Part shown: one piece after another, positions 32,993 to 44,754 of the stretch
Layout of the letters: the number at the start of each line of letters is the position of its first letter
How positions within the stretch are numbered: position 1 is the stretch's first letter
The notes under the pieces: model-generated
The model's input: only the letters and a program-made list of their open reading frames with translations
Told to the model about the DNA's origin: nothing
The model's database searches: none
Position numbers and translations under genes: made by a program
Source of the DNA: an uncultured Gemmatimonadaceae bacterium
GTDB lineage: Bacteria > Gemmatimonadota > Gemmatimonadetes > Gemmatimonadales > Gemmatimonadaceae
Assembly (NCBI GenBank): GCA_963829055.1
Contig: CAWHHI010000004.1
Span: 384,001-448,000 of the forward strand
Length of the DNA stretch: 64,000 nt
Direction of reading: 5' to 3'

Positions 32993-33277
32993 GTCGAGCG
33001 TGTTCGTCAGCAAGCTATCGATCCCCGCGTCGGGCGCAGTCAAAGTGGATGCATTGAATCGGGCGTCGCTGAGTCTATCGGCGGGACAGCACGTGCGCGA
33101 GGAACCAAGCGCGTGAATTGGTCGGCCAACCGGAACGACCTCGCTCGAAATGGCTGGTCGCGGCGGCGTCGGAGGGAGTGGTGCACCCCACCATCGACAG
33201 GGTTGCGACCGGCCTCCCGGTCGATACCACTGCCGCTGCCGTTCCGCGAGGTTACGGCGACGAGAGGGGAGGGGACC

Positions 33278-33754
33278 ATGTACACACCGGTCGAGACATA
33301 TCGCGGCTTCGTGTACCCGTGGGTCATCGACCACGTCGGGCACATGAACGTGCAGTTCTATACCGCGCGGTTCGACGAAGCGAGCTGGCAGTTTCTCGCG
33401 CAGCTCGGCCTCACGCCGGCGTTCCTGAAACGGAACGCACGCGCGGCCGTCGCCGTCGATCAGCGCACGCAGTACAAGCGGGAAGTTCTGGCGGGCACGT
33501 TGATCCACATCACCAGTGAGCTCGTCTCACTTGGTCGCACCAGCATTCGCTTCGTGCACCGCATGTTCGACAGCGAGACCCGCGAGGAAGTCGCCGTCAG
33601 TGAGCTGGTCGGCGTCTACTTCGATACCGACTGCCGGGCTGCGACGCCGCTGCCCGCCCACGTGCACGGGCGTGCCGGCGAGATGCTGACGACCAGCGCG
33701 GAGGTGTTGGTCGACTCCGGCGACGACACCGCGGAGATGGTTGCGATCGCGTGA
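33278..33754 (+). CDS. Acyl-CoA thioesterase (hotdog fold)
   Basis: V.PW.IDHVGHMNVQFY..FDEA. Confidence 0.88.
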   Translation: MYTPVETYRGFVYPWVIDHVGHMNVQFYTARFDEASWQFLAQLGLTPAFLKRNARAAVAVDQRTQYKREVLAGTLIHITSELVSLGRTSIRFVHRMFDSETREEVAVSELVGVYFDTDCRAATPLPAHVHGRAGEMLTTSAEVLVDSGDDTAEMVAIA

Positions 33755-33766
33755 CTTCACTACCGC

Positions 33767-34666
33767 CTAACGTGGTGTCGTCTCGGTGATGCGGTCGCGG
33801 ACGAAGTCGTCGAGGTGCGTGAGCTGTATCGGGTAGCGCCGCAGCATCTGCGCCGGATCGAACGTCTGATCCGTCGTGTCGAACACGATGCTCGCGCGCA
33901 TGACCTCGCTGATCCCTGGATGAAAGGGACCCAGCAGGGCGGACATGATTCGCAGCGTACCGAGGGAGACATGACGGAGTTTCGGCGAGCGACCGGAGAG
34001 CCGCGCATACAGGGCGGCGACCTCGTGACGGCTGAGGTTTGTCGGCCCGCCGATCTCGATGACCTCGTTCGTCGAGGTTGGGCGACTCAGTGCCATGACG
34101 GCGACCGCGGCCACGTCACGCGCCGCGACGAAGTTCGCCGGTTGTTCGCCCCTCCCGAAGATGACGGCCGGTTTTCCGTTCAGGATCGCCTTGCCTAACA
34201 ATTCGTGCGCGTGCGTCTCCATGAACGCTGTGGGGCGGAGGATCGTGTAGCGGAGGCCGCTCGCCTCGAGGTAGCGCTCCGTCTCGTATTTGCGTCGCCA
34301 GAAGCCAATCGGATGCGCGGCCGACACGCCGATCACCGACGTGTACACGAACTGACCGACGCGCTCGGATTTGGCGGCATCGATGAGTGCCCGATGTCCC
34401 GCGTCGTCGACAACGGCGGAGGCGTTCCGTCCTCTCCCGAGCAGGGCGTGGGCCGCGGCGACAACGGCGTCCGCGCCGCGTATCGCCGGTCCTAACGAGG
34501 CCGGCTCGGCGAGATCCGCGTGTCGCACCTCCGCACCGATCGCCTCGAGGTCCGCTGCTTTCGCGGGGGTGCGCGCGATGGCGATGACCTGATGACCCGT
34601 CATGAGCATCTGCCGAGTCACCTCGCGCCCTAACGATCCCGTGGCACCGACCACCGCGACCCGCAT
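33767..34666 (-). CDS. Atypical SDR / NmrA-like NAD(P)H-binding protein
   Basis: VVGATGSLG, K..TE..L..SGL.YTILRP. Confidence 0.9.
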   Translation of the reverse strand: MRVAVVGATGSLGREVTRQMLMTGHQVIAIARTPAKAADLEAIGAEVRHADLAEPASLGPAIRGADAVVAAAHALLGRGRNASAVVDDAGHRALIDAAKSERVGQFVYTSVIGVSAAHPIGFWRRKYETERYLEASGLRYTILRPTAFMETHAHELLGKAILNGKPAVIFGRGEQPANFVAARDVAAVAVMALSRPTSTNEVIEIGGPTNLSRHEVAALYARLSGRSPKLRHVSLGTLRIMSALLGPFHPGISEVMRASIVFDTTDQTFDPAQMLRRYPIQLTHLDDFVRDRITETTPR

Positions 34667-34752
34667 CCTCCCTCGCTGAAAAGCGGATCGCTCAAGCTGA
34701 CGCGATCCGCTCTCAGGCGATAGCTCGCGAGCGAGGTTTGCGCCGAATGGTG

Positions 34753-35121
34753 CTACGCCGCCCTTTCATGCCAGACATCGATCGAGCGCGACCCCATGAG
34801 GCGATTCGCCGCCGACAGCGGATCGCCCTCGCCGAATGCGCCGAGCACCCGCCGCAGAATGCGCGGCCACACCTCAGCGACCGAATCGACGCCGTCTCCG
34901 AGCGCGCCGGCGCGGTGGCTGAAGCGCAGCTGATTGCGGCGCAGCCCGAGCTCGAGCCGCTTCATCGCGTCGCCCGGCGGAAGAAGAAACAGGTACCAGA
35001 CCGCGATCACCGCGAGCGCGTGCTCGTTCCAGGACGAGGCGGGCATGGAGCCGTCTTCGAACGACAGCACGAACTCCCACAGCTCGAAGGTCGAGGGAAA
35101 TTCCGCATTCAAGTCCGACAT
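34753..35121 (-). CDS. Hypothetical protein
   Basis: AAAGG RBS; FV.SFEDGSMP..W.EH..L..WYL. Confidence 0.65.
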   Translation of the reverse strand: MSDLNAEFPSTFELWEFVLSFEDGSMPASSWNEHALAVIAVWYLFLLPPGDAMKRLELGLRRNQLRFSHRAGALGDGVDSVAEVWPRILRRVLGAFGEGDPLSAANRLMGSRSIDVWHERAA

Positions 35122-35284
35122 GGTGTCACCTTTCGTCTCATTGGTAGGCGACGCCGCCAGTTCGTTACGTCCGCGGCGCGTCGCCAATTCAGATACGCGA
35201 CCGGCTCGGGCTTCGAGACGGTGCGCTGCGACTCACTACACGGCGTATGGTAATTTCGGCGATCAAACTGCTATCACCGCGCGA

Positions 35285-35419
35285 TCACCTAGCGGAATTC
35301 ACTCGGAGTTGCGGTCTTTTTCGTTGGACCTCGGCGTAGATCTCGAGCACGTTACCGTCCGGATCGCGAAAGAACGGCGTCCGATTGCCCCGCCATGGCT
35401 GGTACGTCGGCGGGATGTC
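35285..35419 (-). pseudogene. VOC/glyoxalase C-terminal remnant
   Basis: Manual translation: DIPPTYQPWRGNRTPFFRDPDGNVLEIYAEV...*; no N-terminal half before the S8 terminator. Confidence 0.65.
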
Positions 35420-35430
35420 GCATACGACAC

Positions 35431-35463
35431 GAGCGGCGCGCGGCTTCGAGCCGCGCGCCGCTC
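35431..35463 (-). terminator. 15-bp perfect hairpin downstream of the S8 gene
   Basis: gagcggcgcgcggct-tcg-agccgcgcgccgctc; no U-tract. Confidence 0.65.
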
Positions 35464-35488
35464 GTCCTGTCGCTGTTCCCGTCGTCGC

Positions 35489-36913
35489 TTACTGCGACAG
35501 CGCTTTCAGCAGGTTGACGCGACCGGCGCCGTAGGCGTCGTCCGGTCCTGGAGGACCGAGGTCATCGAGCCCGTTCAGCAACAGCTGCTTGATGCGGGCC
35601 GGGTTCCTTGCCCCGTACTTCGCGATGAGTTGCGCCACGACGCCGGTCACGTGTGGTGCTGCCTGCGACGTCCCTGCGATGCCAATCGTGAAGAAGAAGC
35701 CAGGTGGCGCGTTGCAGGGAAACACGATGGTGTTGCCCGAGACCGCGGCGAGGTGATGTGCGCAGACCGAAGACACCCACCCAGCGCCCGTGCCGCCCGG
35801 CGCCGAGACGGTGATGGATTTCCGCCCCGTGTTGCTGTAGCTCGCCGGCGCATCGACGTTTGCCCACGGGCCGGAGAACGCATTCGCGCTCGCCGTCGGT
35901 CCCGTCGCCGACACGCAGATCACGTGCGGCGCCTCGCAGAAAACGGCGAGCGAGCGTCCGTTACCGTCGAGGTTGAGTGCATCGTTACCAGCGGAGACGA
36001 CGACCACCATCCCGGCCCGGTTGGCGTAGTTGAAGACCTTGTTCGTGATCCCAACGAACCCCTTACTCCCCGCCTTGTCGATTCCCCCTGAGACACCGAG
36101 GCTCATGTTTGCCACGTCCGCGCCATGATCAGCCGCCCAGATGATCCCGGCCAAAATGCCTCCCAGCGTGCCGCCGCCGTTCGCGCCGAGCACTTTGACG
36201 CCGATGAGACGCGTGCGCGAGTTGACGCCGGCGAAGATCGTTGCGTTCGACGAGACCTGCGTTGCCACGTTCGTCCCGTGCCCGTTCAGATCGTCGAGCT
36301 GATTCCGTCCCGGCAGCAGCGCGGCGATCAGCGCGTTGTCGTTGGGTACCAACGACGTCGACCGTGAGAGATCGACCATGCCGTTCATGTCGAAGCTGTC
36401 GTAGTCGATACCGGTATCGAGGATGGCGGCGGTGACGTTAGGCGACCCGAGGTTGCCGAGCGCCCACGCGGCTGGCGCGCTGATGGCGCGCATGTTCCAC
36501 TGGAAGGCGAAGCGGAACGACCCTGCCGGGTTCGCGATGCTGTTCACCGAGACATCGGCGGCGTTCAGCTCGCTGCCTGGCGTCGGCGCGCCGAGCTGCA
36601 CGGGCACGTCATCGTAGACGGCACCAACGCCGGCTTGTCGCCCGAGTGCAGCGGCGGCCTGGGCACTGAGGCCGCTGACGCCGGCGAAGCCTGCGCCGTC
36701 GGCCACGAAGTCGACCGTGCCACCTAACGCCGCAACGCGCGCCGCGAAATCAGCGCGCACGGGCCCATTTAATTCCACCACGAACCGGTTCGGGGCCGCC
36801 GCGACGGCGGCAGTTGGCGTCACCGCCCTTGCGGGGGTCGGCTGGACCGGGCTATCCGAACAGGCGGCGAGCGCGACGGTTGCTGCTGCGAACGAGAGGA
36901 CCGGTGATCGCAT
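35489..36913 (-). CDS. S8 (subtilisin-like) serine peptidase lipoprotein
   Basis: LAAC lipobox; triad ILDTGID, HGTNVA, GTSQAAPHV; SAGN. Confidence 0.93.
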   Translation of the reverse strand: MRSPVLSFAAATVALAACSDSPVQPTPARAVTPTAAVAAAPNRFVVELNGPVRADFAARVAALGGTVDFVADGAGFAGVSGLSAQAAAALGRQAGVGAVYDDVPVQLGAPTPGSELNAADVSVNSIANPAGSFRFAFQWNMRAISAPAAWALGNLGSPNVTAAILDTGIDYDSFDMNGMVDLSRSTSLVPNDNALIAALLPGRNQLDDLNGHGTNVATQVSSNATIFAGVNSRTRLIGVKVLGANGGGTLGGILAGIIWAADHGADVANMSLGVSGGIDKAGSKGFVGITNKVFNYANRAGMVVVVSAGNDALNLDGNGRSLAVFCEAPHVICVSATGPTASANAFSGPWANVDAPASYSNTGRKSITVSAPGGTGAGWVSSVCAHHLAAVSGNTIVFPCNAPPGFFFTIGIAGTSQAAPHVTGVVAQLIAKYGARNPARIKQLLLNGLDDLGPPGPDDAYGAGRVNLLKALSQ

Positions 36914-37357
36914 GCGACTTACTCCTCCAGGTGGGGGCGCGAGAGCACTCGCGCCGCCAGGGTGACGCACGCGCACGAGCCACCGGACCCGGCTGGGCCG
37001 CCGCCGCGCGTTGCAACGTGGGCAGCACAGGATGGGCTTGTCTCACAACGCGTGTCAACGATGAGCGCTGTTACAGGCCAAACTGTTGGCTCAGCGCCAC
37101 AGCGGGGCGGATTTTAGCGGCGGCCCTTGGGAGCACGAGCCACAGCCGCCGCGGTTCGAACCGCCACCACTCCACAGTCACCTGCGTCAACCAATACAAC
37201 TGTGCTGGCGCCGACTCGAGGATACCGCCGACACGCTCGGCGCCCATCTCCCGGACATACCTAACGCGGCGCGCGCACGCGGCTGGCCGTGAATGGCCCA
37301 CCAGAATCACCGACAATGGCCCTACAGGCTGTACCGCTTGTGTCGTACCATTCTCCG

Positions 37358-37843
37358 ATGAGCTTCGACATTATCGGTACCAGATCGGTTGGCGCGCTGC
37401 TCGGGCTGCTCGCATGCGGCGCCACAGCGTGCCGTGGCGCGCAGAAGGGGACGTCGGCTTCTCCCGCGGTTGCCCCGGTGCGCCCCGCGACCGCCGCCGG
37501 CGTCGGGCCGGCGTCGTACGCTCTCACGCCGCTCGACGGATCGCGCCTAACGGCGACCGTCGTAGAGGTGCGCATCGAGCCCGGACAGCAATCGCGCGCC
37601 CATAGTCACCCGTGCCCGGTCGTCGGATACATCATCGAGGGTGCCTACCGTATGCAGGTGAGGGGTGAGGCCGAGCACGTGTACACCGCTGGCCAGACGT
37701 TCTACGAGCCCGCTAACGGCGTGCACGCCGTGTCCGCGAGCGCGAACGACAAGCCAGTCCGCTTTCTCGCCTACTTCACCTGCGATCGTCAGACGCCGCT
37801 GACCGTCCCCCCGCCCGATTCCGGACGTTCGCCTCGCGATTGA
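37358..37843 (+). CDS. Cupin domain exported protein
   Basis: Signal-like N-terminus; HSHPCPVVGY..EG, FYEP.NGVH. Confidence 0.85.
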   Translation: MSFDIIGTRSVGALLGLLACGATACRGAQKGTSASPAVAPVRPATAAGVGPASYALTPLDGSRLTATVVEVRIEPGQQSRAHSHPCPVVGYIIEGAYRMQVRGEAEHVYTAGQTFYEPANGVHAVSASANDKPVRFLAYFTCDRQTPLTVPPPDSGRSPRD

Positions 37844-37985
37844 CGCGGCGCTCCGCGGTCACCGTTTCACGAGTGCGTTTGGCATCGAGCGGTGCCGCTC
37901 GATCTCGCGCACGACGAACTCCGATCAACGCTCCTCTCATGCGATGGCGAGGACAGAATGCTCGGTTCGTGAACGGCGGAACAGC

Positions 37986-38187
37986 GAGACAGGATGGCCA
38001 GGATTGGCAGGATTGAGAAGATGACCGCCTCGGCGTCGAGGAGCGGGTCGCCGGGGCCTAACGAATGTGGGGGACACATCTCGGGGAGCGTGGCGTCCCG
38101 AGCGGCCGTTCCCCTCATTCCGGGCTCGTTGCGGGAGGGCCCCTGCGTGCGACACGGAGCCTCTGTTCAATCCTGTCCATCCTGGCC
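37986..38187. repeat. Inverted element with nonamer arms, (CAGGATNGN)3 ... (NCNATCCTG)3
   Basis: gagacaggatggccaggattggcaggattga ... tcaatcctgtccatcctggccatcctgtc; extra half arm near 38368-38386. Confidence 0.8.
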
Positions 38188-38426
38188 ATCCTGTCATGCA
38201 GTGGCCGTTGCCGTCAGCAGCCCGTGCGTGATGCGCCGTCGCGAACTGCGCCGCTCCTCCGCTCAGCCTAGCGTTCGCAGATTAGCCGCTCGGCGAGAGC
38301 AGCGTCGCGAGCAGCCGGTCCAGCCATTCTCGACTGGTGACGGGATCTCGTGGGAACGCAGAGCCGTCATCCTGCCAATCCTGTCCGGGTCTTCGCGCGA
38401 TGTTCCGAAACCTGCCAACCATCCGC

Positions 38427-38483
38427 TCCCCTTGCGCGTCTAAGGGACAGGCAGTCAGTTTCTCCATAGATCGGCATAGGAAG
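38427..38483. promoter_or_regulatory. Possible PadR autoregulatory operator(s)
   Basis: Imperfect palindromes tccccttgcgcgtctaaggga and ctccatagatcggcataggaag upstream of padR. Confidence 0.3.
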
Positions 38484-38524
38484 GAGGCCGACGAACCTTC
38501 TCGCCCACCGAAACGGAGACTGCC

Positions 38525-38881
38525 GTGTTCGCCAAAGAGTCCGGTCTGCTGCAAGGCACGCTCGAGCTCCTCGTACTCAAGACGCTCTCGTGGGGACCGA
38601 TGCACGGCTACGGGATCGCGAGCTGGATCGAGAGCGCGACGAGCGACGTCCTCCGCGTGGAGGAAGGGCTCGCTCTATCCCGCGCTGTACCGCATGACGC
38701 GCAAGGGTTGGATCGCCGGCAAGTGGGGCACGAGCGAGAACAACCGGCGCGCGAAGTTCTACCACCTCACGCCCGGAGGGACGGCGCCAGTTCGTCGAGC
38801 AGACGACGGGGTGGCAGCGCTTCGCCGCGGCCGTGAATCAGGCGGTGGACACGACACGAGCGCCCAGTTGGGCGCGGTGAC
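38525..38881 (+). CDS. PadR family transcriptional regulator (frameshifted)
   Basis: [43 protein letters not shown]. Confidence 0.92.
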
Positions 38882-38891
38882 CAGAGCGACC

Positions 38892-41581
38892 ATGCGTGAG
38901 AAATTGCAGAAAGGCGACGGTGGTCGCGGCGGGCGTCCCTTCGAGCCCAAGCCACAGGTCGAAGTCGACAGCGAGCTCGCGTTCCACCTCGAGGAGCGCG
39001 TGCGCGATTACGTGGCGCGCGGCATGGACCCCGTCGCGGCACGTGCGGCGGCGCTCGAGCGCTTCGGCGACGTGACGAGCGTCCGCGACGAGTGCACGCA
39101 GCTGCTCGCGGAGGAGCGCCGCGCCGTGGCCCGTCGCGACTGGCTCGACGACCTGCGGCAGGATCTGCGGTATCGGCGTCCGCTCCGCGGTGCGCGCTCC
39201 GCTGTTCTCGCTGCTGGCGATCGTCACGCTGGCGCTCGGCATCGGCGCGAACGCCGCCGTCTTCGGCGTCGTCAAATCGGTGCTGCTGAACGCGCTGCCG
39301 TACGCGGACGCGGACCGCCTCGTGCGCGTGTATGCGCGCATGGAGGATGGGACTATGGAACGGTCCTCCATGAGCGCCGGCGCGATCACGGACTTCAGTG
39401 CGCGACAGCGCTCGTTCTCGCGCGTCGCCCCATTCTACCGTGAGAACGTTCGACGTCACGTACGCGGCCGACGGCGGCCCGCGCGTCATCAGCGCGACGC
39501 TGGTCGGAGCGGGCTTCTTCCAGACCCTCGGCGTGTCCGGCGCTCCGAGGGCGCCTGCTGCGCGACGAGGACATGAAGACCGGCGCGCCTGACGTCGTCA
39601 TGCTGAGTTGGGCTGCATGGCAGCGTGAGTTCGGCGGCGACCCACGCGCGGTCGGGAAGTCGATGCGCATCGACGGCGAGGCGCAGGAGATCGTCGGCGT
39701 CCTGCCACGCGGATTCGTCGGGCCGAATGGGTGCGGCGGACCTCTGGTTTCCGCTCGATCTCGGACCGGCGCTCCGCGACCCTGTTCGCGCGCGCAAGCA
39801 ACACTGGCTCAGTCTCGTCGGGCCGGCTCGCGCCTAACGCCACCGTCGCGTTCGGCACAGCGCGAGATCGCGGCCATCGGCACGGACCTCGCGCGCGAGC
39901 ATCCCGAGGCGCAGGGCGGCATGGCGCTCCGAGGCTTCCCATTGCGCGACGACATGGTCGGCGAGACGCGCACGCCACTGCTCGTGCTCATGGCGAGCGC
40001 CGGCCTCGTGCTCGTGATCACGTGCGCCAACCTCGCCGGCGCTCTGCTGTCCCGCTCGTTGAGTCGGCGCAAGGAGTTCGCCGTTCGCATCGCGCTCGGC
40101 GCCGGGCGCGGAGCCGACTCGTCAGGCAGCTGTTGACCGAGAGTCTCGTCCTCGCGCTCGCCGGTGGCGGCGTCGGACTGCTGCTCGCCATGGCTCGGAC
40201 TCGCGGCCGTGCGCTCGCTCGCGTCGACGGCGCTTGCCCGCATACGCGGAGCTGTCGCTGGACCCGGTGGCCGTTGCGGTGACCGGCCTGCTCGCCCTCG
40301 TCACGGGTGTCGCGTTCGGCGTCGCGCCAGCAGCTGGCTGCCGGCCGCGCCAACACGCAGGGAACGCTGCGCGACGAAACGCGCGGCGCGAGCGAGAGCC
40401 GCCGCACGCGACGACTCCGCGGCCTGCTCGTCGCCGGGCAGATCGCGCTGTGCGTGAGCCTGCTCGCTGGCGCGGGCCTGCTCGTTCGCAGTCTGTGGAC
40501 GATGGCCACGGCGCCGCTCGGATTCGACCCGCATGGCGTGCTCACGATCGCCGTGCAGTTACCGGGGCGGACGTATACGTCGACGCCGGCACGCGCCGCG
40601 ATTCTTCGAGCAGTTCGAGCAGCGCGCTGCGCGCGATTCCCGGCGTGCGCGACGTGGCGGACGTGAGCGAGCTGCCGACGCCGAACATGAATCGCAACGG
40701 GCTGACGATCGAGGGCCTGACGTGGCCTGCTGGCGAGGGACAGCCGTTCATCGCGTCCGAGATCGTGTCCGACGACTACTTCCGCACGATGCGCATTCCG
40801 CTTCGAAGCGGGCGTACCTTCGGCCCGGCTGACCGGGACAGCACGCAGCGGGTAGTCGTGATCAGCGAGGCGATGGCGCGTCGGTACTGGCCTAACGGGA
40901 ACGCCGTCGGCGCCCGTATCCGTATGGGACCGGCCGAGGTGGCGCCGTGGGCACAGGTGATCGGCATCGTGGGCGACGTGCGCACTGACCCCGCGCGTCC
41001 CGTCCCGGAGCCGATGACGTACACGTCGAGCCGGCAGGACGCGTGGGGAGCCCGGACGCTCCTGATACGAACCGACGGCGATCCCCTCGCGCTCGTGAAG
41101 CCGGTGCAGCGCGAGTTGACGGCACTCGACGCGTCGATTCCCATCCGACGCCGCGGCGCCGATGGAAACCTTGCTCGCCGATCAGCTTGCGGGTCGTCGC
41201 CTGCCGGTGGTGCTCATGATGGCGTTCGGTGTCCTGGCGCTGCTGCTCGCGTCGGTGGGCGTGTACGCGATGTTCGCGAGCATGGCGGCGGCGAGGGAGC
41301 GCGAGTTCGGCGTCCGGGTGGCACTCGGCTCGAGCCGAGGCGCGATCGCGGGGCTGGTGCTGAGGCAGGGTGGCGTCTGGATGATTGCCGGCCTGGTCGC
41401 GGGGGCAGTGGGTGTGGTGCTGGTCGCGCGCGGTCTCGGCGGGCTGCTGTACGGCGTGACGCCGTTCGACCCGATCGCGTTAGGCGTCGCCGGCACGACG
41501 CTCATCGTGTCCGCGGTGGTGGCGCTGCTGGTTCCGGTGCGTCGCGCGACGCGGGTGGATCCGGTGAGTGTATTGCGGTAG
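38892..41581 (+). CDS. ADOP/MacB-like duplicated ABC permease (frameshifted)
   Basis: ELAFHLE..GM..AR.AA..FG prefix domain, [26 protein letters not shown]. Confidence 0.9.
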
Positions 41582-41656
41582 GGACTCGGGACTGGGGACT
41601 CGGGACTGGCGAACTGCGAGCTGGTCGCTGGTCGCTCGTGCTGGTCGCTGAGTCGC
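41581..41656. repeat. Heptamer arrays (GGGACTS)4 and (GCTGGTC)n
   Basis: Directly after the permease stop codon. Confidence 0.75.
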
Positions 41657-41861
41657 CGCTGCGTGCAGCGAGCAGCGCGTGGGTGACCGGGCGGTATTGG
41701 CAGCAGCGGGCAGCGTGCGGCCGCAGCATGCAGCCGGCGGCTGAGGTTCCCAGCGTGCAGCCGCGTGCAGCTGCTCGCCCGCCGAGCCTATCGACAAACC
41801 CCGTGTCTTCCGTCGATAATGCGTCGGTACCGCTTTGTTCTCTTCAGCCCCGACGCCCCAG

Positions 41862-44754
41862 ATGTACTTCGCGCTCCTGCTCGTCGCCCTGCAGCAGCCC
41901 GCCGCCGATCCGAGCCTTCGTGGTGTTCGCGACCCCGCGTTCGCGCCCGATGGACGGCTCGCCGTGTCCGTCGATGGCGATCTCTACGTCCAGGCCGCCG
42001 GTCGTGGCGCCTGGACACGGACTCACCAGCGGCCCCGCCTGGGACCGCGAGCCCGTCTGGTCGCGAGACGGCACCAGCATCGTCTTCTCCTCCGACCGCG
42101 CCGGCAGACTTCGATCTCTGGCGCGCTCGCCGTCCCGGCAGCGGCCTCGGCTCGCCACGTCCGCCGCAGCCCGAGCGCCTCACGACGTCGCCCGAGCCCG
42201 ATGCGCAGCCGTCCGTCGCCACCGATGGCCGCATCATCTTCGTGCGCGGACGCGGTGCCCTCGCCCGCCTCTGGGTGCGCGCGCCCGATGGAAGCGAGCG
42301 GCGCCTAACGCGCGGACAGGTCGCCGAGCGGTCGCCCGCCGTGTCGCCGGACGGAGCGCGCGTCGCGTATGTCGCCGTCACGGAGACCGGACGACCGCCT
42401 GCGCGTACGCGTGCTCGCCGACACGTCCGCGCGTCCGGCGACAGCGTCGTCGTGGCGAGACCGCGATGTCGAGCGGCCCGCATGGGCGCCTAACGGCGAG
42501 CGCCTCGCGTTCACGACCGGCGGCGCGCGTCCCGGCGTCTTCATCACGCCGACGGACGGCCGCTACGTCGAACCTCGTGAGCGCGCGCCACGCCGCGCCG
42601 GCCTGGGCGCCCGACGGGCGCACGATCGCGCTGGCGGAGCTCGGCGCCGATCCGCCGGGGTACAATGGCGATCCCGCGCGCGTCGCGGATCGACGATGTG
42701 TCCGAAGATCTCGAGCGCGACTGGACGCCTCTGGACCGTCGCCGTCCCGACCGCGCCCGATGACGGCCTCGTCGAGCGTCGCGTCACCGCCGACTCGGTC
42801 GCGACAGGAACGGAACGCCGAGGCGTTCGATCGAGTCTGGACGCGATCCGCCGAGCTGTACTTCGCGACACCGGAAGCCGCGTCGCGTCGCCAGCGCTGG
42901 ACCGCGCTGCGCGATCGGTACCGGCCGCAGGCGCTCTGCCGCGGCGACCGACGCCGCGCTCGACGACGTCATCTACGCCATGCTGCGCGAGCGGCCGCCA
43001 CTTCGCGAGGCCGCGACCGGGCGTGCCGCCGTGTCGAGCGCGCATCCGGTCGCCACGGCCGCGGGGCTCGAGATCCTGCGCAAGGGCGGCAACGTCGTCG
43101 ACGCCGCGGTCGCCGTCTCGTTCGCGTTAGGTGTCGTCGAGCCGGATGCCAGTGGCCCGGGCGGCTACGGCCAGATGATCATCCAGCTCAAAGGGCGCAG
43201 AGCGCCCGGCGCTCATCGAGTTCATGTCGCGCGTTCCCGAGGAAGCGACGCTCGCGAACGCGGCGCTCATGACGGAGGGCCGCTATCCGTCCGACGGCCC
43301 CGTCCTCGCGAACGTACCGGGCACCGTCGCCGGCATGCACTCCGCGTGGCGTCAGTTCGGCAGCAAGAAGGTGCCGTGGGCCGACCTCCTCGCGCCGGCG
43401 ATTCGCGCGGCGAAGGACGGCTACGTCGTGAGCGAAGGGTTGGCGACGACGCTCACCGTCGAGCGCGAGCACTTCTGCGAAGTACGAGTCGAGCAAGGCG
43501 CTGTTCTTCCGCAACGGCGAGCCGCTGCACGCAGGCGACACGCTCCGCAATCCGGACCTCGCGTGGACGCTCGAGCAGGTCGCGAAGGGCGGCGCTGACG
43601 GTTTCTACGCGGGCGAAGTCGCGCGACGCATGGTCGCCGACCTGCGCGGGAAGGGCAACGCGATGCGGCTCACCGATCTCGCGCGCTACTACGCCGCCGA
43701 TCGTGAGCCCGTGAGCTCCACGTTCCGGGGCTACACGCTCTACTCCAGCGCGCCGCCGGTCTCGGGCGGGGCGACACTCGCTGCGCAGCTCAACCTGCTC
43801 GAGCAGTGGAAGACGCCGCGTCTCTACACGGACGACGCCGCGACCGCGCACGCGATGATCGCCGCATGGCAGCTCACGCCGACGACGCGCAACCGCATCG
43901 CCGATCCCGGGCTCTGGCCGGTGACCGTGGAGCCGCTCGTGAACAAGGACACGGCTCGCGTCCGCTGGCGCTGCTTCGACGCCGCCCACGCGCTCACGCC
44001 GTCGAGCTTTCGCGGCGACACGCTGGTGTGCGCCACTGATCGCAAGGCTACGACCGACGGCGGCGCCGACGACAATGCGAGCGGAAGCGAGCTCGCGCTC
44101 GAGGAAGGGCGCGCCTGCGGGAACCCGGCGGAGCACGCGCGTGAGGTCGTCGCCTGTCACTCGTCAGGCACGACGGCGTTCACCGTCGCCGATGCGGACG
44201 GCAACGTCGTCGCTGTGACGCAGACGCTCGGCACGTGGGGCGGAAATTTCTACGTCTCACCCGGGCTCGGCTTCATTTACAACGACAAGCTCACGTCCTA
44301 CGGCACCGACCCCACGCAGTACGGCGCTCGGCTCCCCTACGCTCGGCACGGCAGTACGCTCGCGCCCACGATCGTCTTTCAGGGTACCGGCAGTGCGCGA
44401 CGCCCGGTGCTCGCGGTCGGTGCCGCGGGGAACGCCTGGATCACGTCGGCGGTGTACGAGACGCTCGTCGGCGTCCTCGACTTCGGTCTCACCCCGCAGC
44501 AGGCGCTCGAGCTGCCGCGCTTTCTCCCGTCGGGCCGCGGCGCCGGGTCACGCCGCGAGTTCGTCATCGACGTGGAGGGTGGGTTCGCGCCGTCCGCCAT
44601 GCGGCGACTGCGCGAGATGGGCTATAACCTGAACGTGATCTCGCTCGAGGGCGAGCCGCGCATGGGGTATGGCGCGGCGATCACGTTAGGCAAGGGCACC
44701 GTCACGGCTGGCGCCGACCCGCGTCGGAGCGGCGCGGCCGGAGCTGTTCCATGA
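41862..44754 (+). CDS. ggt: Gamma-glutamyltransferase fused to N-terminal PD40/TolB-like repeats and a helical linker (frameshifted)
   Basis: PD40 repeats (PVWSRDG..IVFSSDR, PAVSPDG, PAWAPDG); GGT motifs [36 protein letters not shown]. Confidence 0.85.

Noticed and set aside
40234..43272. 1012-aa ORF in the track
   Set aside because: A chance open frame stitching fragments of the permease, an intergenic repeat and the PD40-GGT gene.
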